From: an uncultured Pseudomonadota bacterium
GTDB taxonomy: Bacteria > Pseudomonadota > Gammaproteobacteria > Steroidobacterales > Steroidobacteraceae
DNA: 64,000 nt
Assembly: GCA_963752125.1 (NCBI GenBank)
Contig: CAVVXG010000035.1
Coordinates: 18,139-82,138, forward strand
Direction of reading: 5' to 3'
The stretch's first letter is position 1. Each line of letters starts with the position of its first letter. Under the pieces are notes generated by a model. That model was not told the origin of the DNA and searched no databases. It saw nothing but the letters and a program-made list of their open reading frames with translations. Positions 9,401 to 16,000 of the stretch are shown in pieces. Made by a program: the position numbers and the translations under genes.

Positions 9401-9549
9401 TCGCGGACCTCGTGTTTGTGGAGGGTAACCCGCTGACCGACATCCGTGATGCTTCCAAGGTTCGCAAGGTGATGAAGATGGGGCAGCTTTACGACATCGC
9501 GGAGTTGACGACCTTCCCTGTCGCCCCCGGGGTAGAGCAGAGCCGCTGA
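6433..9549 (+). CDS. Exported TolB-like PD40 beta-propeller repeats fused to a C-terminal metal-dependent amidohydrolase
   Basis: ATG 6433 (MNSYQRIVQIVAGFAVAACGL... signal peptide). Repeated P-x-W/F-SPDG-x-x-IAF motifs occur in two blocks. The C-terminal amidohydrolase has PGLMDMHTHL and ...VVGTDTP. Confidence 0.8.
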   Translation: MNSYQRIVQIVAGFAVAACGLCSAARVLASPPITLQLHEGTSLAIALSPDHTQIVFDLDGVLFKMPAGGGQARPITDALFDARQPSFAPDGRNIAFQSNRDGHWRIWVIGSNGEHPHPLSTDGFDEREPSWSPDGKSIAFTSTRTGKFDIWARSVADGSLRQLSFGPGGNSRPSWSPDGSQVAYISDRPKASGIYVSDGQGREHEVAPIKLSPFGPTIAPAGVPTWTPDGKDVLFVKFEDARATLMRNRAATERPAREPPVGASEGIPSGDNTNVFLEGEDFHPFRIQWLSDREYLYAADGKIKRRSLDGGAAQVVPFTAPIVVRRPDYHKKVQDLTSAAARPVHGVQRAVLSPDGEQIAFTALGALWTMKIGGTPRRLTDDGPYAVIDPAWSPDGQRIAFSTDRGGSLDIWTIEPASGRTTRITRAPGAEIRPAWSPDGKQLAYIEAFGIYQEKTHVLDLQSGTDRTLEAAGSSPGYPVWMPDGRSLLVSTYHGQSETEGYLVGGENQATLVPIDGGAARPLVLLKGRSIGNRSGDGPVISPDGKTFVYQLDSALWQQSAVEQAGAFDPPHKLADLITTGQSWSADSRWLLVNAGSNMRLFDMKSGRAALGGAASGRSRTVSVPLTWHAKMDAGTTTIHAGLLVDGVSRTARSDVDIVVVDGRIRAIEPHGKQAPQGRYVEASGLTVMPGLMDMHTHLIKEFGASFGRLDLAYGITTVRSPGNVPGDVLEEKEAIAAGQRPGPHMFVTGYILDGEQTIWEMGTAVNSTAEVDRQIQLAHDLDYDLIKSYIHTSEPLRQEIVAAAHRAGMPVTAHDIYPAALFGSDSSEHFFVAGSSRGYSNKVSNLQLVYDDVVQILSKSGMTNTPTLSLFTPSAELVDNDPAMAKARWALQPVWVRNAPKFGSGDVPGGDVMLANVRASIAKLHAAGVRFVVGTDTPFKETGISTHNEMVQMVKAGISPYDALRAATVVPAELLGETRDLGSVEPGKIADLVFVEGNPLTDIRDASKVRKVMKMGQLYDIAELTTFPVAPGVEQSR

Positions 9550-9554
9550 AGATG

Positions 9555-9896
9555 TTATTTCGGCGTGATTCCGGGCAGCTGCGGCGAGAAGGATGTGGCG
9601 CGCAGCAGCCGCGTCTCTTCCACGACGAAAAGGCCGGCGTTCATTGCGACGAACCGCGACCAGGCCGGATCCTGTTCCATACGGGCGCGGCGGGCCTCGC
9701 GGTCCACCACGCTCTCGAATCCCCACAAGTGAATCACCTGATTGAGCATCCCTATCTCGCTTACATAGCAGCCGATGTGATGGCCGAGGTAGCGACGTTG
9801 CAACGCCAGCCCGATAGCGGCGTAGCGCTCGAGATATTCGTCCATGCGCCCATGTGGAATCGTGCAGGTTTGATGGTCGACGATCATGATTCGCAT
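9555..9896 (-). CDS. NIPSNAP family protein (copy 2)
   Basis: 113-aa ORF, MRIMIVDHQTCTIPHGRMDEYLERYAAIGLALQRRYLGHHIGCYVSEIGMLNQVIHLWGF... Roughly three quarters identical by eye to 779-1147. Confidence 0.8.
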   Translation of the reverse strand: MRIMIVDHQTCTIPHGRMDEYLERYAAIGLALQRRYLGHHIGCYVSEIGMLNQVIHLWGFESVVDREARRARMEQDPAWSRFVAMNAGLFVVEETRLLRATSFSPQLPGITPK

Positions 9897-9985
9897 CCTT
9901 CTACTGCCGCGCTAGCTTGCCCCATTGCGGCCAGAGGCACAATGTCGAGGCGTGCGCTGTGAACCCCCTTTAAGCCTCGTGAGCC

Positions 9986-10052
9986 ATGCCGGCTCGGCAT
10001 CGGAGTGATCCCAAAATGATCTTTGAGCCCAAACGTGTCGCAGCTCTAGAGT
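9986..10052 (+). promoter_or_regulatory. Conserved operator+promoter module, copy upstream of the cytochrome c'-like unit (divergent from NIPSNAP-2)
   Basis: Perfect dyad ATGCCGGCTCGGCAT at 9986-10000. TTGAGC at offset 37 (10023-10028). CTAGAGT at offset 60 (10046-10052). Confidence 0.5.
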
Positions 10053-10093
10053 TGGATCCCTATCGGGATAACGGTTGTCGCGGGGGGCGATCA

Positions 10094-10597
10094 ATGCGGA
10101 CTCCTGCGTCACGTCACGCCTTTCGAGCCGCTGGCTGGCTCGCGGTATGTCTGTGTGCCGTCTGGGTGCCGAATTCGTATGCCGAACCGTCCGGCAGCCC
10201 GCCCGCGCACCCCCCGGCCACCGCCGCGGCAGTAGCGCCTGCCTTGCCGATCAAGGAATTCATGGCCCATGTCGTGGCGTACTCGGCCCAGAACCTGTGG
10301 AACAAACAGGGCTGGATCAACGACAAAACCGGTATGCACTCCTTGCTGCCGAAGAATGAGCAGGAATGGGAGGATGCGGAGAGTGCCTCGCTCACCTTGA
10401 GCGAAGTCATCGGCATTCTCCTGCAGCCCGACAGGCGGCTGCCTTTTCCGGGCTGGGATAACAATGCTCGCGCCGTTCGCACGCTGGCGCAGCAAGCTGC
10501 AGCCGCGGCGGAAAAGCACGATGCCGACGCGTTCGTCAGGATCGGCGGCGAGCTCGATGAGGCATGCGAGAAGTGCCACAAGGCGGCCGGCTTGTGA
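10094..10597 (+). CDS. Exported c-type haem protein, cytochrome c'-like (C-terminal CxxCH)
   Basis: ATG 10094 (MRTPASRHAFRAAGWLAVCLCAVWVPNSYA signal peptide). A single haem motif CEKCH lies 6 residues from the C-terminus, as in class II cytochromes c. Confidence 0.55.
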   Translation: MRTPASRHAFRAAGWLAVCLCAVWVPNSYAEPSGSPPAHPPATAAAVAPALPIKEFMAHVVAYSAQNLWNKQGWINDKTGMHSLLPKNEQEWEDAESASLTLSEVIGILLQPDRRLPFPGWDNNARAVRTLAQQAAAAAEKHDADAFVRIGGELDEACEKCHKAAGL

Positions 10598-11094
10598 TGG
10601 CGATGTACGATCATTTCATCGTCTGGCTCGACGGCACCCAGTTGAGCCTGCTCTTCAAGGTGACCAGCTGGTTGGTGCCCCTGATGCAGAGTATCCACAT
10701 ACTCGCCATCGGGGTCGTTGTGTCTGGTGGGGTGATCATTCTGCTGCGTGTGACGGGCGTGAATGCCTGCCACGTCGATATCGCTGCGCTCAACGAGCGG
10801 TTAATACCTCCGATCTGGTGGGCGTTGCTGGTGCTGTTGCTGACCGGGTTGATCCTCATCATCACCGAGCCCGGCCGCGCCATGGTGAACCCGTTCTTCT
10901 TTGCGAAGATGCTGTGTGTGGTCGCATTTGTGGTGCTGACCCGCTGGTTCCAGCTCGCGGTACGCCGGCAGCCGCAGCGCTGGAGCGGTAGTGCGAGCTT
11001 GCCGCCCGCGCGCTTGCCGATCTGCGTGCTCGCATTGCTGCTGCTGCTCGCCATCGTGTTTTGTGGCCGCTGGATCGCTTATTACAATGTTTGA
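10597..11094 (+). CDS. Uncharacterized integral membrane protein (about 4 TM), paralog A
   Basis: ATG 10597 overlaps the preceding stop (TGATG). Hydrophobic segments are present and the protein ends ...FCGRWIAYYNV. Confidence 0.6.
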   Translation: MAMYDHFIVWLDGTQLSLLFKVTSWLVPLMQSIHILAIGVVVSGGVIILLRVTGVNACHVDIAALNERLIPPIWWALLVLLLTGLILIITEPGRAMVNPFFFAKMLCVVAFVVLTRWFQLAVRRQPQRWSGSASLPPARLPICVLALLLLLAIVFCGRWIAYYNV

Positions 11095-11584
11095 CTTTAT
11101 CCAACATCTGGCTCAGCAGCTGGAAGCATCCTCGATGGCCAAAGCCATCGCCGGATCCGGTTACCTGTTCCCCATTTGCGAAGTGATCCATGTCATCGGC
11201 CTGTCGTTGGTGATCGGCTCAATCTCGATCGTCGATCTGCGCCTTCTGGGGCTGGCATCGTTGCGGCGGCCAGTCACGGATCTCACGCGGCAGATGCTGC
11301 CCGTTACCTGGACGGGCTTCTGCATAGCCGCCCTGTCGGGCACGCTGATGTTCAGCTCCAATGCGACCCATTACGTCGGCGTTGGTTACTTTCAGTTGAA
11401 GTTCGTGTTTCTGCTGTTGGCAGCGGCCAACATGTTGATATTCCACGTGTTGACCTGGCGCTCGGTGGCGAGCTGGGACCGGCAGGCGCGGCCGCCGCTC
11501 ATGGCGCGGCTGGCCGGTGCGGTATCCCTGTGTTGCTGGATCGTCGTGGTATTCCTCGGGCGTTGGACCGGTTTTGTCGTTTGA
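11087..11584 (+). CDS. Uncharacterized integral membrane protein (about 4 TM), paralog B
   Basis: ATG 11087 overlaps the previous gene by 8 nt. It has the same layout as 10597-11094: a conserved His in the first TM region (EVIHVIGLS versus QSIHILAIG) and the end ...FLGRWTGFVV. Confidence 0.6.
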   Translation: MFDFIQHLAQQLEASSMAKAIAGSGYLFPICEVIHVIGLSLVIGSISIVDLRLLGLASLRRPVTDLTRQMLPVTWTGFCIAALSGTLMFSSNATHYVGVGYFQLKFVFLLLAAANMLIFHVLTWRSVASWDRQARPPLMARLAGAVSLCCWIVVVFLGRWTGFVV

Positions 11585-11593
11585 GGGCGAGCC

Positions 11594-11660
11594 ATGCCCG
11601 TGCGGTATCGATACCATTGAAAAATGGTCTTTGAGTTGTGAAGAGCATTTCCCCTAGAGT
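11594..11660 (+). promoter_or_regulatory. Conserved operator+promoter module, copy upstream of TonB-dependent receptor 1
   Basis: Dyad ATGCCCGTGCGGTAT at 11594-11608. Second dyad ACCATT-GAAA-AATGGT at 11613-11628. TTGAGT at 11631-11636. CTAGAGT at 11654-11660. Confidence 0.55.
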
Positions 11661-11762
11661 CACGCTGCCAACCCCCACCTAACATTATGTTGTTTTTTTT
11701 TACAACATTGGCGGGGCGAGGCGGACGAGCTAACCAGAGCTTTGGAAATGACAGGGGGCAGA

Positions 11763-14303
11763 ATGTTGAAACGAAATGTGGGCTGCGCCATGCAACGGCG
11801 GCGCGGGATTTCTCGAGTCGAATGGGCCAGTTCCGGGCGGGTGGCGCTCGCGGTGGCCGCATCGATTGCTGCAGCGGGCGCCGTCCGCGCCCAGACCGCG
11901 CCGCCACAAACGGCGGCTGCATCCAGCCAGCTGGACGAAATTGTCGTTACGGCTACGCGGCGCGCGGAGAGCATCCAGGATGTGCCCATCAGTATCACCG
12001 CGTTCAGCCAGGAAAAGATGGACATTCAGGGGATCAAGGCCATAGACGATATCGCCAGGCTTGCCCCGGGCATTCAGTTCACGCGTGGCGGCGGCGGTAG
12101 TGTCGGCTCCGATCTCGCTGGTACTTCCATCTCGATCCGCGGTATCAGCTCTTCGGCCGGCGATTCGACCACCGGCATCTATATCGACGATACACCGATC
12201 CAGGTGGGCGCCACGGTGCCCAGCGGCAACTTCGCCGATGATGCCTTTCCGCAGGTATTCGACCTCCAGCGGGTCGAGGTGCTGCGCGGTCCGCAAGGCA
12301 CTCTGTTCGGCTCAGCTTCCGAAGGTGGCACGGTCCGCTTCATCACGCCGCCGCCGAACATGTCGACGCCTTCGATGTATGTTCGCAGCGAAATGTCTCA
12401 GACGCAGTACGGCGCCCCGAGCTACGAGGCGGGCGTAGCCGGTGGTGCACCGATCATCCAGGACACGCTTGGCTTCCGCGCCAGTGTCTGGACGCGCCGT
12501 GACGGCGGCTACGTCGATGCCGTGGACTACTACACCGGACAGGTCACTTCACCCAACAATAACTGGCAGGAGAGCATGTCGGGGCGGCTTGCCATCGGAT
12601 GGGCGCCGGTTGATGGGTTGATGATCACACCGTCCGTGTTCTACCAGAAGATCAAGGCGAACGGCAGCAGCACATTCTTCCTGCCGGGCGATGGTGTCAC
12701 GGGCTCGTTGAATCCGGGCGACCCCCCGTTGCCCCCCGTCCCGCAGCCCTACGGCAATCCGAGCAGGGGGCAGTACGTCGACTTGGATCAGGTGCCCGCA
12801 TTCAGCAATCAGCGGCTCACCCTACCGGCGTTGAAGATCGATTACCAGTTCGCAAAGATGGAGCTGGTCTCCAATACGTCTTACTATGAGCGCCAGGAAC
12901 AGGCGCAGGCGAACTATACCCTCCTCGAAGGCGGCCTCTTTGGCGGCACTCCGTTCCCTCCCGATCCCGAGTGGAACGCACGCGCCACGTCGAATCAGAC
13001 CAACCGCTTCTTCACCCAGGAAGTGCGCCTGCAATCGAACGATGCGGACTCTGCCCTCAAATGGGTGACGGGCATTTTCTACGCCAATACGACCAACAAA
13101 GCGGACATCACCGTCGCCGATCCACACCTCGGTGAGATCCTCAATGCCGGGGTGAATGGTCCTTGCGGCACTCCCGACCAGTGCGTTCTTGGATTCTCCA
13201 ACGGTGTACCGCTGGTGAACGGCGTCGATACGTTCATCAACAACGCGACGATCAGTCAGACTCAGAAGGCGGCGTTCGCGCAGGTCGACTACCAGCTGCC
13301 GTTTCATCTGATCGCCACGGCTGGGGTGCGCTATACCAAAATGACGACCGGCTTCTTCAACGAGTACGGTGGACCTGGCCAAGGAGCGGTCTGGCCCGCG
13401 TTCAGCACGGCCAACTCGGGAGCTCACGAACTCACGCCGAAGTACATGCTGGCCTGGAAGAATGACGGTGTCATGGTCTACGCCAGCGCGACCAAGGGAT
13501 TCCGTGCCGGTGGCGCCAATCCTGCGCTGACGCAGCCGCAATGCTTCGCGAGCCTGCCGCTGCTGGGCATCAAGTCGGTTCCGACCACGTACAACCCTGA
13601 TACCGTATGGAGTTACGAGCTCGGCTCGAAGTTCACCACGGACCGGGGACGCCTGACGATCGATGCGAGCGTCTTCCAGATCAACTGGAACAATCAGATT
13701 CAGGACGTGGGATTGCCCACCTGTATCCTGTCATACATCACCAACATCGGTACCGCACGCAGCAGGGGCTTCGATCTGGACGTGCAGTACCGTGTGCTCG
13801 ACCCGCTGGTACTGTCTTTGAACAGCGGATACCAGTACGTGGAGGCAACCTCCACGATCAAGTCGACTCCCACCGATCCGACCTCGCTCAACGTCATCAC
13901 AAAGGGCGATGCGTTGCCGGGCTCGCAGCCGGTCGTCAATGCCGCCGCGCAGTACAGCTTCCAGCTGTTCGAGCGGCCATCGTACTTCCGGGTGGACTAT
14001 AATTACACCGGGCGCACGGCCAAGGGTGCCAGCTGGAATCCGCAGGACTCGAGCTACCTCCTCAGTCCGAACACTCAGGCGTTCCTGTATCAAACGCCCT
14101 CGTCGACGCAGACCAACGTACGCCTGGGCGAGCAGTTTGGCAGCTGGGATGTCTCGTTGTTCTGCAATAACCTGCTCAACTACCAGAGATATCTCGGGTG
14201 GAGCAGAAACGGCATCACCTTTAACAACATTCCGTCGGATCTGGTTCAGGCGAGCACCCTGCGGCCGCGCACCGCCGGAGTGACGGCAACAATGCGCTTC
14301 TGA
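11763..14303 (+). CDS. TonB-dependent receptor (copy 1)
   Basis: Plug motif LDEIVVTATRRAESIQDVPISITAF, a long beta-barrel, and a C-terminal ...TAGVTATMRF with terminal aromatic residue. Start taken at ATG 11763 (MLKRNVG...), matching the paralog. Confidence 0.9.
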   Translation: MLKRNVGCAMQRRRGISRVEWASSGRVALAVAASIAAAGAVRAQTAPPQTAAASSQLDEIVVTATRRAESIQDVPISITAFSQEKMDIQGIKAIDDIARLAPGIQFTRGGGGSVGSDLAGTSISIRGISSSAGDSTTGIYIDDTPIQVGATVPSGNFADDAFPQVFDLQRVEVLRGPQGTLFGSASEGGTVRFITPPPNMSTPSMYVRSEMSQTQYGAPSYEAGVAGGAPIIQDTLGFRASVWTRRDGGYVDAVDYYTGQVTSPNNNWQESMSGRLAIGWAPVDGLMITPSVFYQKIKANGSSTFFLPGDGVTGSLNPGDPPLPPVPQPYGNPSRGQYVDLDQVPAFSNQRLTLPALKIDYQFAKMELVSNTSYYERQEQAQANYTLLEGGLFGGTPFPPDPEWNARATSNQTNRFFTQEVRLQSNDADSALKWVTGIFYANTTNKADITVADPHLGEILNAGVNGPCGTPDQCVLGFSNGVPLVNGVDTFINNATISQTQKAAFAQVDYQLPFHLIATAGVRYTKMTTGFFNEYGGPGQGAVWPAFSTANSGAHELTPKYMLAWKNDGVMVYASATKGFRAGGANPALTQPQCFASLPLLGIKSVPTTYNPDTVWSYELGSKFTTDRGRLTIDASVFQINWNNQIQDVGLPTCILSYITNIGTARSRGFDLDVQYRVLDPLVLSLNSGYQYVEATSTIKSTPTDPTSLNVITKGDALPGSQPVVNAAAQYSFQLFERPSYFRVDYNYTGRTAKGASWNPQDSSYLLSPNTQAFLYQTPSSTQTNVRLGEQFGSWDVSLFCNNLLNYQRYLGWSRNGITFNNIPSDLVQASTLRPRTAGVTATMRF

Positions 14304-14334
14304 TGCCAGGAGCCGCTCTCCAAGGAGATGTTCA

Positions 14335-14856
14335 ATGACAATGAAGTACTGGAGTGCCCTTGCAGTGGCGATGGGACTCTCGGTAGCCGGCCAGTCGGTA
14401 GTGGGCGCGCAGGCGCCCGCGACCGACGCGTCGCACGCCAAGGATGCCAAGGCGGCCGCTGAGCCGGCGCCATCGGCGGATGGTCCATGGATTGGAACGT
14501 GGAAGCGCCGGGCTGCTACGGGCAGCGCGACTATGAAAATGTGGGTGGAAGGGGACGGCTTCCGCTACGAGATCGATATGGCCGGGCCATCGGGCCCGGC
14601 GGTTCACATGACTGCGTTCGGGCGGTTCGATGGCAAGCAATATCCCGAGAAGGGCAACGCGGTGGCGGACTTCAATGTGTTCAAGCGCATTGACGCTCAC
14701 ACGTACTCGCTCGACGATATCAAGGATGGCAAGGTCACCCATCACTTTACCGTGACCATTTCGGCTGACGGCAAGACGAGGACCTCTGTGGCCGTGACTC
14801 ACAATGACAAAGGTGAGGAAGTCACTAACACCGGGGTCTGGGATCGGGTTAAATAG
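14335..14856 (+). CDS. Exported hypothetical protein (173 aa)
   Basis: AAGGAG lies 8 nt upstream of the ATG. Signal peptide MTMKYWSALAVAMGLSVAGQSVVGAQA. No recognisable catalytic motif. Confidence 0.6.
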   Translation: MTMKYWSALAVAMGLSVAGQSVVGAQAPATDASHAKDAKAAAEPAPSADGPWIGTWKRRAATGSATMKMWVEGDGFRYEIDMAGPSGPAVHMTAFGRFDGKQYPEKGNAVADFNVFKRIDAHTYSLDDIKDGKVTHHFTVTISADGKTRTSVAVTHNDKGEEVTNTGVWDRVK

Positions 14857-14903
14857 GGGGCAGTGGCTGTTTCGGATGCTCTTGAGATGAGTTGGAGGTT
14901 TTC

Positions 14904-15329
14904 ATGAAGATGCGTCGTTTCGTGACGCTCGTGGCGGCGTTGGTGTGCTTCAGCACAGCCGTGTTCGCGCATCACTCGCAGGCAATGTTCGACATGAACA
15001 AGATGGTGACGCTGAAGGGCGTGATCACCAAGTTCGCCTGGATCAATCCGCATGTGCAGCTCTATTTCGATGTTACGGAGAACGGCAAGACCGAGAGCTG
15101 GCAGATCGAGACCAACTCCGCATTGAGCATGACTCGAGCTGGATGGACGCGGGAAGAGTATAAGCCGGGGGATGCGGTGGAGGTTTCGTTCCATCCCATG
15201 AGGAACGGAACCCACTACGGGTACTTGCGCAAGATTGTGGGACCGAACGGCAAGGTGCACGAGTTGCCTGCGGGAATACCGCAGGCGCCGGGAAGTAGCA
15301 ACGATCAGAACACTCCTGCGGGAAAGTAA
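14904..15329 (+). CDS. Exported small protein with predicted mature N-terminus HHS... (DUF6152-like, family name from memory)
   Basis: GGAGG lies upstream of ATG 14904. The signal peptide ends ...CFSTAVFA followed by HHSQAMFD. Confidence 0.65.
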   Translation: MKMRRFVTLVAALVCFSTAVFAHHSQAMFDMNKMVTLKGVITKFAWINPHVQLYFDVTENGKTESWQIETNSALSMTRAGWTREEYKPGDAVEVSFHPMRNGTHYGYLRKIVGPNGKVHELPAGIPQAPGSSNDQNTPAGK

Positions 15330-15346
15330 AACAGGACAGGTGCGAG

Positions 15347-16000
15347 ATGCTTTTCAGGAAAATCGCTGCTCTTGGTTTCGCACTTGTCCTGGCCGCGGTC
15401 GCCGTCGGAGCACCCCCCGCGCCGACGGCGGCCGGCCGGCCGCCTGATATCTCAGGCGTCTGGGGACCCGCATTCGTCCAGTCCCTCGCCGAGAATCCGC
15501 CCTTTCTTCCGGACGGATTGAAGCGTTTCAACTCGACCAAGCCGGAGGACGACCCGTTGGGCAAGTGCATGCCGCCGGGTATTCCGCGCTTGATGAATCT
15601 CGCATTTCCCTTCGAGGTGATTCAGACCCCGAAAGTCGTGTACTTCCTCATGGAGTACGGGCAGCACGTGCGCCGGATCTATATCAACGGCAAGCATCCC
15701 GACAGCCCTGATCCAACCTGGCATGGCTACTCGACCGGGCACTGGGAGGGACGGACGCTGGTGGTCGATACCATCGGCTTCAACGAGGACACCTGGCTGG
15801 ACATGCGGGGGCATCCGCATAGCGATGCCCTGCACATTATCGAGCGCTACACCTTGTCGCAAGACGGCAAGAGCCTGAAACAGGAAGCGACGATCGACGA
15901 CCCAAAGATGTATTCCAAGCCGTGGCAGACCGCGGCCTCGACGCATCCCAAGATGCCGGATACCACGCATATCGAGGAATACATCTGCGTACCGGGCTAG
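15347..16000 (+). CDS. Exported hypothetical protein (217 aa)
   Basis: Signal peptide MLFRKIAALGFALVLAAVAVGAPPAP. A truncated copy of its first codons is found at 20767-20878. Confidence 0.65.
   Translation: MLFRKIAALGFALVLAAVAVGAPPAPTAAGRPPDISGVWGPAFVQSLAENPPFLPDGLKRFNSTKPEDDPLGKCMPPGIPRLMNLAFPFEVIQTPKVVYFLMEYGQHVRRIYINGKHPDSPDPTWHGYSTGHWEGRTLVVDTIGFNEDTWLDMRGHPHSDALHIIERYTLSQDGKSLKQEATIDDPKMYSKPWQTAASTHPKMPDTTHIEEYICVPG

Noticed and set aside
11624-11640. Reading the conserved ATGGTCTTTGAGTTGT block as a sigma-54 -24/-12 promoter (TGG-N9-TTG).
   Set aside because: Only the TBDR-2 copy has both GG and GC at the correct spacing. Other copies have AG or GA at -24 or lack GC at -12, and no enhancer-binding protein gene is nearby. 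A sigma-70-like -35/-10 pair with fixed 18-nt spacing fits all plus-strand copies better.
11683-11712. Hairpin ATGTTGT-T8-ACAACAT with a T9 homopolymer (11693-11701) in the TBDR-1 leader, considered as a riboswitch, attenuator or slipped-strand phase-variation tract.
   Set aside because: The paralogous TBDR-2 leader keeps the flanking bases (TTGTTT..ACAACAT) but has only T3 and no viable loop. The stem is weak and AT-rich, and T9 is short for phase variation. It is noted only as a site prone to sequencing indels.
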